From positions 30,939-94,938 of the forward strand of contig CAVYDO010000004.1 of NCBI GenBank assembly GCA_963767345.1: 64,000 nt of DNA. The letters are read 5' to 3'. The DNA is from an uncultured Actinomycetota bacterium (GTDB lineage Bacteria; Actinomycetota; Actinomycetes; Propionibacteriales; Nocardioidaceae). Shown here piece by piece: positions 56,658 through 64,000 of this stretch. Under the pieces are notes generated by a model that had not been told where the DNA came from, searched no databases, and worked only from the letters and a program-made list of their open reading frames with translations. Position numbers and translations under genes: made by a program. Positions within the stretch are counted from its first letter, which is position 1. The number at the start of each line of letters is the position of its first letter.

Positions 56658-57437
56658 CTACTCGCTGGACCCGCCACGGGAAAGGGCTGCCCCGCCGCCA
56701 TGGATGCCGTAGGCGCCATCAGAGGGAGGCACCCGCGTGCGCCGGGCGGTGGCCGCGACGGTCGCGATCGCCGCGACCGACAGGCCGACGGCCTCCAGGG
56801 CACGCTGCGCCTCGCGTGCGGTGGCACCGGTGGTGATCACGTCGTCACAGACGACCACCCGGACGGCGCCCGCGGATGCCGCCGCCGTCCGGCGCAGCCT
56901 CGCCAGCCGTTCACTCGGGCACTGGTGGTGACCGTGCAGGTTGCTCCACCGCCGCTCGGCGTCGAGGCCGGCTTGGTCCAGGGGCGCCCCGCGCACCACG
57001 AGCAGCCCCCGGCAGCCGACGACATACCCCTGGGCGAGGAGGAGCCTGGCCGCGACGCCGGTGACCGCGCCCAGCGGGTCGTGCCCGCGCGCGCGAACCG
57101 TGGCCGGCCGAGACGGCACCGGCACGAGGACCACCGGCAGGTCAGCGGGGACGGCGAGGCGGACCGAGGCCGCGAGCAGATGCGCCAGCGGAGCCCGCAG
57201 GGCATGCCGGGCGTGCTCCTTGTGGGCGAGCAGCGCGGCCCTGACCACGCCGTCGTAGGCGGCCGCCGCGAACACCGGGGCAAGCCCTGGCGGGGCGGGC
57301 GTCGGACCGGTCCGGGTGGCCACCGCCGGCAGCGTGCGCGCACAGTCGCAGCACAGGGAACGCCCCGGCCGCAGGCAGCCGACGCAGGCCGAGCCCCGGA
57401 TGAGGTCGGCGGCCGAGTCACGCAGCCAGGCCAGCAC
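56658..57437 (-). CDS. comF: ComF-family phosphoribosyltransferase-like protein
   Basis: CVGC...CCDC zinc finger, LVPVPS, RGHD, VVCDDVITTGAT; GTG at 57437. Confidence 0.9.
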   Translation of the reverse strand: MLAWLRDSAADLIRGSACVGCLRPGRSLCCDCARTLPAVATRTGPTPAPPGLAPVFAAAAYDGVVRAALLAHKEHARHALRAPLAHLLAASVRLAVPADLPVVLVPVPSRPATVRARGHDPLGAVTGVAARLLLAQGYVVGCRGLLVVRGAPLDQAGLDAERRWSNLHGHHQCPSERLARLRRTAAASAGAVRVVVCDDVITTGATAREAQRALEAVGLSVAAIATVAATARRTRVPPSDGAYGIHGGGAALSRGGSSE

Positions 57438-57488
57438 CCCGTGAGCACAGCAGGGCCGGAGGCCGGACGCCAGCGCAGATCGCGGAGC

Positions 57489-57525
57489 TGTGGATGACCC
57501 GGGGCCTCCCGCCACCTGTGGACGA
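57489..57525 (-). promoter_or_regulatory. Two DnaA-box-like 9-mers upstream of comF
   Basis: TCGTCCACA and TCATCCACA on the minus strand, each 8/9 to TT(A/G)TCCACA. Confidence 0.35.
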
Positions 57526-57550
57526 GCGTCGCCGTCGGCCGACGTACCGA

Positions 57551-59305
57551 TCAGCCCACGTACGTGAGCGTCAGCGGGTCACCCTGGATCGGCACCGGAG
57601 TCCGGTCGGTGCTGGCCAGCCGGCTCACGCCCTCCCGGCCCGCGACGAACGACTCCTCGCTGGGCACGGGGGAGCCGGCGAGCCACTTGTACTGCCGGCC
57701 CAGGGTGGCGATGCCCTCGCCGAGGTCGACGGGCTGCCGATCGACGTTGAGCGGCCGGGCCTGGACCACGTCCGCGACGCGGCTCAGCACGGTGACGCTC
57801 GTCGGGCTCCGCCAGGCGATGTCGCGGATCCTGGGTCGGTCGTCGTTGGGCCACGGGATCCGCAGCGCGTCGGACAACCCGAGCACCTGCCCCCGGCGGT
57901 TGTGCCGGATGCGCGCGACCGCGACGCGGTCCTGACGCGCACCGCGTACGACGGCGACAAGGCGCGACCCGTCACGTGAGACCAGCACGGAGCGCAGCGT
58001 CTGCCCTGCGAGACCCGGGGCGTTCAGCGTGCGTACCCTCCCGGCATCGAGCACCCGGAGGCGGGCGCCGGTGGCCGGGTGGTCGACGAGCCACAGCCGG
58101 TCGGCGAAGTCCCAGGCCGGCCGCAGGACCCGCCCGGCCCCGAACGCCACCTCCCGCGCCGACGCACCGGGGTCGCGGGTCTGGCTGAGCAGCACCGCTC
58201 CGCTCCCCCCGATGACGGCCGCGACCTGGTCGGCGTCGAGGGAGACACCGAACGACTGGACCGTGTAGTCGCGCTGCCCGAACGGACCCCCGACCGGGTC
58301 GAGACTTGCGAGGCCTCCCGTGACCAGTCGGCCGTCGCGAAGCGCGAAGAGGCTCGCGGTCGCCGAGATGTCGGTCGGAGCGAACTCGAACCCGGCACTC
58401 ATGTCGACGACCCCCAGCAGGCCGGGCGGCGGCGCCCCCCCGTAGCTGATCCGCAGCCCGGAGATCGCCGGATCCTGCCCCAGGGTCCAGGTGAGCTGGG
58501 CGGCGGCCAGCTCGGCGTCGTGCTCCGAGCCGGCCGATGCCGTGTCAAGGGGCACGTCCGCCACTCCGTCGGCGTCGACGGAGAGTCGCAGGCTGTGCCG
58601 GGCGTCCGTCGGCAGGAAGGTCCTGACCACCCGGTCCATCCCCGGCCCGGGCCCTCGCAAGAGGCTCTGGGCCAGGGCGCCGGCGAGCTGGTCGCCGCGC
58701 GGCACGAGCACCGGTTCGGGCACCAGGATCTGGCCGGTGGGGTCGAAGTAGTAGATGTTCGCACGGGTGTAGTTGGAGGCCACCCACGACTGCGGCACGA
58801 TCCACGCGTTGGGGGCGGCCGCGATCCGCCACTCCCCGGCCTCGAGCTCCATCGGCAGTGTGAGCCGGGCGTCGGCAGCCGGCAGGTCGCCGACATACGC
58901 GCCTCGCTGGTCGAGCCGGTATGCGTCCTGGAGCCGCACCAGCACCCGGCCCTGCCCGGTGGGCTCGTCCGCACCGCCGTAGACGACCATCCCGCTGTCG
59001 GGTCGCCAGCGCGCCCGGGCCGTCTCGGACAGGTACTTCTCCGCGACGCCCGTCTGCGGCGGCGAGGCGGTCATCGCGCCGAGGAACCCGTCGACGATCT
59101 CCGCCGCGCTCTCGCCGGGCTGCGGCGGGTTGGGCAGGTAGCCCGCGGCGCGCTCCCCCGTGACCCCTCCGTCGTTGACCGACTCGACGGGACCGCTGTC
59201 GGGCAGGCCGACACACCCCGCGCAGACCGACGCGGCGAGCAGCAGCGCCGACCACCTGCCGAGTGCGGCCAGGCGGGCGCGTACGACGAGTCGTGGGCGG
59301 GTCAC
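57551..59305 (-). CDS. lpqB: Lipoprotein LpqB
   Basis: Lipobox CAGC, then VGLPDSGPV; YYFDPTGQILVPEP; follows mtrB. Confidence 0.9.
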   Translation of the reverse strand: MTRPRLVVRARLAALGRWSALLLAASVCAGCVGLPDSGPVESVNDGGVTGERAAGYLPNPPQPGESAAEIVDGFLGAMTASPPQTGVAEKYLSETARARWRPDSGMVVYGGADEPTGQGRVLVRLQDAYRLDQRGAYVGDLPAADARLTLPMELEAGEWRIAAAPNAWIVPQSWVASNYTRANIYYFDPTGQILVPEPVLVPRGDQLAGALAQSLLRGPGPGMDRVVRTFLPTDARHSLRLSVDADGVADVPLDTASAGSEHDAELAAAQLTWTLGQDPAISGLRISYGGAPPPGLLGVVDMSAGFEFAPTDISATASLFALRDGRLVTGGLASLDPVGGPFGQRDYTVQSFGVSLDADQVAAVIGGSGAVLLSQTRDPGASAREVAFGAGRVLRPAWDFADRLWLVDHPATGARLRVLDAGRVRTLNAPGLAGQTLRSVLVSRDGSRLVAVVRGARQDRVAVARIRHNRRGQVLGLSDALRIPWPNDDRPRIRDIAWRSPTSVTVLSRVADVVQARPLNVDRQPVDLGEGIATLGRQYKWLAGSPVPSEESFVAGREGVSRLASTDRTPVPIQGDPLTLTYVG

Positions 59306-60930
59306 ACCGCCTCCTTCGCATCGACCGGCACCAACGGCAGGGGGCTGCGTCGCAAGGTCGCGCCGAGGTGCCGGGGCAGGGTCAGCCGGAAGTGTGCTCC
59401 TCCGCCAGGGCGTCCCCAGGCCTGCAGCCAGCCTCCGTGGAGGTGGGTGTCCTCGAGCGCGATGGACAGACCGAGCCCGGTACCGCCGCTCGTCCGTGCC
59501 CGGGCGGGGTCGGCGCGCCAGAAGCGGTTGAACACCATCGCCGACTCCTCCGCGGTCAGCCCGACGCCGTAGTCGCGCACCCCGATCGCGGCGGCGCCCC
59601 CGTCTGTGCCCTCGTCTGTGTCGTCGCTGTCCTCGGAGGCTGCGATGGTGACCACGACGTCGGTGGCTCCGGCGTGGTCGATGGCGTTGCCGACCAGGTT
59701 GCGCACGATCCGCTCGACCCGGCGTACGTCAGCCTCCGCGAGGCAGGGCGTGTCGGGGGCCCGGACGACGACCGAGATGCCGCGGCGGGCCGCCAGGCCG
59801 CTGGTGAGGTCGACGACCCGGTTGACGACGTCGACGAGGTTGACATCGGTCGTCTCCAGGTGGGCGGCGCCGGCATCGAAGCGGCTGATCTCCAGGAGGT
59901 CGGTCAGCAGGGTCTCGAAGCGGTCGAGCTCGGTCTGGAGGAGCTCGGCCGCCCGGGCGGTCGCCGGGTCGAAGTCGAGGCGGGCGTCATGCAGCATGTC
60001 GCCGGCCATCCGCACGGTCGTGAGTGGCGTCCGCAGCTCGTGGGACACGTCCGCGACGAAGCGGCGCTGAAGCCGGCTCAGCTCCTCGAGCTGGCGGATC
60101 TGCCGCTGGAGGTTGCCGGCCATCTGGTTGAAGGACGTGGCCAGCCGGGCGAGGTCGTCCTCGCCGGTCACCCTGAGTCGTTCCTGGAGGTCACCCGCGC
60201 TCAGCCGCTCGGCCACCCGTCGTGCCATCCGGATCGGCGTCACGACCTGGCGGGTCACCAGCCAGGTCACGCCGGCGACGAGAACCATGAGGACTCCGGC
60301 GGCGGTCAGCGCGGCCCGCGCGACGAGGGTGAGAGTGTCGGCCGCCTCCTGCATCGAGAAGAGGTAGTAGAGCGTGTAGGTCTGCTGGTCGGCCGGGAGC
60401 ACGAACTGCGTGCCGACGGCGATGCCGGGCTCGTCGAGCAGGATCGTGCCGTCGTCGACCCGGATCCGGGTGAAGGTCCACTGCGGGTCGGTCTGCTCCG
60501 ACATCTGCTCCTGCAGGGAGGCGGGCACGCTGCGCAGGTCAAGGCCCGGGCTGAACCTCGGACTGCCCTCGGCGATGGACCGGCCGCTACCGACCGGACC
60601 GGCGAGCACGACCTCGAAACCGCGGGCGGCGCCACGTTGGATGATCGGGTCGACCAGGTCCTGGAGCTGTGCGCGGGTGTCGCTGTCGGTGCCCGGCACC
60701 CGGTTGAGCCAGTCGATGACCTCGGCCGACTCGTTGGCCACCTCGGCGACCACGGCCTCCCGTCGTTGCTCGACCAGGCCCTCCTCGGTCTGCTGCAGCA
60801 GCAGCCACCCGACCACGACGACCACCATCGCCGAGAGCACCACCGTGCTCGCCACGACCCGGGCCTGGATCGAGCGTCGCCAGAAGGTCGGTGCCCTGCG
60901 GAGCGCCGACCCTAGCGTCGACCGGGCCAT
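59302..60930 (-). CDS. mtrB: Sensor histidine kinase MtrB
   Basis: 2 TM, HAMP, DVSHELRTPLT, NLVGNAIDH, GGTGLGL; start ATG 60930 or 60972. Confidence 0.93.
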   Translation of the reverse strand: MARSTLGSALRRAPTFWRRSIQARVVASTVVLSAMVVVVVGWLLLQQTEEGLVEQRREAVVAEVANESAEVIDWLNRVPGTDSDTRAQLQDLVDPIIQRGAARGFEVVLAGPVGSGRSIAEGSPRFSPGLDLRSVPASLQEQMSEQTDPQWTFTRIRVDDGTILLDEPGIAVGTQFVLPADQQTYTLYYLFSMQEAADTLTLVARAALTAAGVLMVLVAGVTWLVTRQVVTPIRMARRVAERLSAGDLQERLRVTGEDDLARLATSFNQMAGNLQRQIRQLEELSRLQRRFVADVSHELRTPLTTVRMAGDMLHDARLDFDPATARAAELLQTELDRFETLLTDLLEISRFDAGAAHLETTDVNLVDVVNRVVDLTSGLAARRGISVVVRAPDTPCLAEADVRRVERIVRNLVGNAIDHAGATDVVVTIAASEDSDDTDEGTDGGAAAIGVRDYGVGLTAEESAMVFNRFWRADPARARTSGGTGLGLSIALEDTHLHGGWLQAWGRPGGGAHFRLTLPRHLGATLRRSPLPLVPVDAKEAV

Positions 60931-60943
60931 CGGCGCGCGGGTG

Positions 60944-61642
60944 TCACGAGACGCCCGCCTTGTAGCCGACACCGCGCACGGTCACCACGATCTCGGGGCT
61001 CTCGGGGTCGTGCTCGATCTTCGAGCGCAGCCGCTGGACGTGGACGTTGACCAGCCGGGTGTCGGCCGAGTGACGGTAGCCCCAGACCTGCTCGAGCAGC
61101 ACCTCGCGGGTGAAGACCTGCCAGGGCTTGCGGGCCAGACAGAGCAGCAGGTCGAACTCGAGGGGCGTGAGCAGGATCTGGTCGCCCCCGCGGGTCACGG
61201 AGTGGCCCGCGACGTCGATGGACACGTCCCCGACGGAGAAGGTCTCCTGGTCGTGTTGGTCGGTACGGCGCAGCCGAGCGCGGATGCGCGCGATCAGCTC
61301 CTTGGGCTTGAACGGCTTGACGACGTAGTCGTCGGCGCCGGACTCCAGGCCGACGACCACGTCGACGGTGTCGCTCTTGGCGGTCAGCATCACCACCGGT
61401 GTGCCGGACTCCTCGCGGATCTGGCGGCAGACGTCGATGCCGTCCTTGCCCGGCAGCATCAGGTCGAGCAGCACGACGTCGGGCTGATAGTCGCGGAACG
61501 CCGTCAGCGCCTCGTCTCCGCGATCACACACGCGCGTGTCGAAGCCTTCCTGGCCGAGCACCAGAGTGAGCATCTCCGCCAGGGAGGCGTCGTCGTCGAC
61601 TACCAGGACACGACCGACGGCCGCCGAGTGCTCCGAGCTCAT
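60944..61642 (-). CDS. mtrA: Response regulator MtrA
   Basis: GRVLVVDDDASLAEML, RLVNVHVQRLRSKIEHDPE. Confidence 0.95.
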   Translation of the reverse strand: MSSEHSAAVGRVLVVDDDASLAEMLTLVLGQEGFDTRVCDRGDEALTAFRDYQPDVVLLDLMLPGKDGIDVCRQIREESGTPVVMLTAKSDTVDVVVGLESGADDYVVKPFKPKELIARIRARLRRTDQHDQETFSVGDVSIDVAGHSVTRGGDQILLTPLEFDLLLCLARKPWQVFTREVLLEQVWGYRHSADTRLVNVHVQRLRSKIEHDPESPEIVVTVRGVGYKAGVS

Positions 61643-61658
61643 GTGAGCCAGTTTAAGG

Positions 61659-63143
61659 TCAGTACCGATAGGCCTCGGACTTGTAGGGGCCGGTGACCGG
61701 GATGCCGAGGTACGACGCCTGCTCGCCGGTCAGCTCGGTCAGGTTCACACCGAGGCTCCCGAGATGCAGCCGGGCGACCTCCTCGTCGAGGTGCTTGGGC
61801 AGCACGTAGACGCCGACCGGGTACTCCTCGGGCTTGGTGAACAGCTCGATCTGGGCGAGGACCTGGTTGGTGAAGGAGTTGGACATCACGAAGCTCGGGT
61901 GACCGGTCGCGTTGCCGAGGTTCATCAGCCGACCCTCGGAGAGGACGATGACCTGGCTGCCCTGGCCCGAGTCCTGGCTCGAATCCTGGCTCGGGTCCTT
62001 GGCGGGGAAGGCGAAGATGTCGACCTGGGGCTTGACGTTGGTGCGCTCGATGCCGGGCCACGACTCGAGGCCGGCCATGTCGATCTCGTTGTCGAAGTGG
62101 CCGATATTGCCGATGATGGCGTTGTGCTTCATCCGGCTCATCTGGTCGGCGGAGACAACGTCCTTGTTGCCGGTGGCCGTGATCACGATGTCGGCGATCG
62201 GCAGGACGTTCTCGAGCGTGTCGACCTGGTAGCCGTCCATCGCGGCCTGAAGGGCGCAGATCGGGTCGATCTCGGTGACCACGACGCGGGCACCCTGGCC
62301 GCGCAGCGACTCGGCGCAGCCCTTGCCGACGTCGCCGTACCCGCAGACGACGGCGACCTTGCCGCCGATCAGCACGTCGGTGGCGCGGTTGATGCCGTCG
62401 ATGAGCGAGTGCCGGCAGCCGTACTTGTTGTCGAACTTGGACTTCGTGACCGAGTCGTTGACGTTGATGGCCGGGAAGAGCAGCGAGCCCTCCTTCATCA
62501 TGTCGTAGAGCCGATGCACGCCGGTGGTGGTCTCCTCGGTGACGCCCTTGAGCTCCGCGGCGATCTCGGTCCAACGGTTGCCGCTCTCCGAGAGCGACTT
62601 CTGGAGGACCTCGAAGACGACCTTCTGCTCACCCGAGGTGGCGCTCGCCGGGTCCGGCGCCTGGCCCGACTTCTCCATGTCGACACCGAGGTGCACGAGC
62701 ATGGTGGCGTCGCCGCCGTCGTCGAGGATCATGTTGGCGAAGCGCTTCGCGCCGCCCTCGTCCGTGCCCCAGTCGAGGATCTGCTGGGTGCACCACCAGT
62801 ACTCCTCCAGCGTCTCGCCCTTCCAGGCGAACACGGGGACCCCGGCCGGGGCGTCGACGGTGCCCTCGGGGCCGACGACGACGGCGGCCGCCGCGTGGTC
62901 CTGGGTGGAGAAGATGTTGCACGAGGCCCAGCGGACCTCGGCTCCGAGCGTCACGAGGGTCTCGATGAGTACGGCGGTCTGGATGGTCATGTGCAGGGAG
63001 CCGGCGATCCGCGCGCCGCGCAGCGGCCGCTCCTTGCCATAGCGCTCACGCATCGCCATCAGGCCGGGCATCTCGTGCTCGGCGAGCTCGATCTCGGTGC
63101 GGCCGAACGCGGCCTGGCTCAGGTCGGCAACCTTGAAGTCCAC
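61659..63143 (-). CDS. ahcY: Adenosylhomocysteinase
   Basis: [55 protein letters not shown]. Confidence 0.97.
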   Translation of the reverse strand: MDFKVADLSQAAFGRTEIELAEHEMPGLMAMRERYGKERPLRGARIAGSLHMTIQTAVLIETLVTLGAEVRWASCNIFSTQDHAAAAVVVGPEGTVDAPAGVPVFAWKGETLEEYWWCTQQILDWGTDEGGAKRFANMILDDGGDATMLVHLGVDMEKSGQAPDPASATSGEQKVVFEVLQKSLSESGNRWTEIAAELKGVTEETTTGVHRLYDMMKEGSLLFPAINVNDSVTKSKFDNKYGCRHSLIDGINRATDVLIGGKVAVVCGYGDVGKGCAESLRGQGARVVVTEIDPICALQAAMDGYQVDTLENVLPIADIVITATGNKDVVSADQMSRMKHNAIIGNIGHFDNEIDMAGLESWPGIERTNVKPQVDIFAFPAKDPSQDSSQDSGQGSQVIVLSEGRLMNLGNATGHPSFVMSNSFTNQVLAQIELFTKPEEYPVGVYVLPKHLDEEVARLHLGSLGVNLTELTGEQASYLGIPVTGPYKSEAYRY

Positions 63144-63342
63144 GGTGTCTCCTCAGACGTTGATGCTTGTCGGCGCTGCGCGTCCGCACATCATTGGGAT
63201 CTCCCACACCGACCTGGACCAGACTAGGACGCCCCCTGGGCGTCGACAGAATCCGCGACCGCCTCGTGCGGCGGCCCTGGGAACCACGTCCGCCCGTCCA
63301 CGCCACCACCCCCGGAACGGCAGGTCCACGACCGGAGTGCGG

Positions 63343-64000
63343 TCAGTGCGCGGCCTTCTCCCCGTGGCCGACGGGCAGGAAGTGCATGACACCCACGACG
63401 ACGAATCCGACGATGACGCCGATGATGGCCGAGAAGATCGTGTTGACCAGCCAGCCCAGGGCCGCGCCGACGCCGGCGACGGCGTGGTGGATGTCCTCCT
63501 CGATGTGGTGGACGAACTCGTACGGCGGGTGGAAGCCGAGCTCGTCGGCTCCGACGAGGAGGATGTGGCCGCCGACCCACAGCATGGCGACGGTGCCGAC
63601 CACCGCGATGACCGCGAGCAGCTTGGGCATCCCGGCCACCAGCCCCCGGCCGATCCGTTGCGAGGCGGCCGACCGGCGCTCGGCCAGGGCCAGACCGAAG
63701 TCGTCCATCTTCACGAGCAGTGCGACGAAGCCGTACACGGCGATGGTGATGACGAAGGCGACGACGATGAGGATGGCCAGCCGCGCCAGGAAGCCCTCGT
63801 CGGCCACCTCGTTGAGGGAGATCACCATGATCTCGGCGGAGAGGATGAAGTCGGTGCGGATCGCGCCGGACACCGTCTCGTCCTCCTGCTCCGGCGTCAT
63901 CTCACCGGCGCTCCCGTGGAACTCCGGCTCGTTCTCGACGTGGCCGCTCAGCTTCTCCCAGATCTTCTCGGCTCCCTCGTAGCACAGGTACGTGCCGCCG
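63343..64000 (-). CDS. DUF808/YedI-family membrane protein (5' end beyond the window)
   Basis: GGTYLCYEGAEK, GAIRTDFILSAEIM, LVKMDD, MLWVGGHI; frame stays open to the window edge. Confidence 0.85.
   Translation of the reverse strand, partial: GGTYLCYEGAEKIWEKLSGHVENEPEFHGSAGEMTPEQEDETVSGAIRTDFILSAEIMVISLNEVADEGFLARLAILIVVAFVITIAVYGFVALLVKMDDFGLALAERRSAASQRIGRGLVAGMPKLLAVIAVVGTVAMLWVGGHILLVGADELGFHPPYEFVHHIEEDIHHAVAGVGAALGWLVNTIFSAIIGVIVGFVVVGVMHFLPVGHGEKAAH

Noticed and set aside
63144-63342. SAH riboswitch upstream of ahcY
   Set aside because: The conserved GAGGAGCG...GGCUC...AACGNCGCUC pattern was not found; only a small hairpin is present.

Overview
This is a high-GC actinobacterial chromosome segment; gene content and order point to Nocardioides or a close relative (inference, no search run). 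Left to right: (1) an N-heterocycle/purine-type catabolic region with an NCS2 permease, a coxM-coxS-coxL-coxG-like molybdo-hydroxylase, a PucR-family regulator and divergent allH/allF(fdrA)/allG-like genes, with a TetR-drrAB ABC exporter cassette in the middle. (2) Ordinary core genes: a MoxR/DUF58 operon, moeZ, a DEAD-box helicase, ParA, an SDR, MaoC and an acyl-CoA dehydrogenase. (3) Two tandem secreted PLD-superfamily genes behind an EEP / LicD-methyltransferase / DUF6752 / sulfotransferase-like operon. (4) mgtE-like, DUF1003, mrp, tatB, LysM and Rv3235-like genes. (5) A ~6 kb accessory block holding a translationally coupled operon: tyrosinase, DUF2182 membrane protein, zinc metalloprotease, MBL-fold hydrolase. 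(6) The conserved ahcY-mtrA-mtrB-lpqB-comF-hpf-response regulator-ycaQ-secA block. The best new-biology candidate is the tyrosinase-protease-MBL operon, possibly a protease-activated pro-phenoloxidase or defence module. Other highlights are an unannotated ~327-nt raiA-motif structured RNA between comF and hpf, a DEAD-box gene that appears to need a non-canonical ATC start, and REP-like palindromes that have entered three cox coding sequences. No rRNA, tRNA, CRISPR array, transposase or integrase was seen. All family assignments come from motifs recognised by eye.
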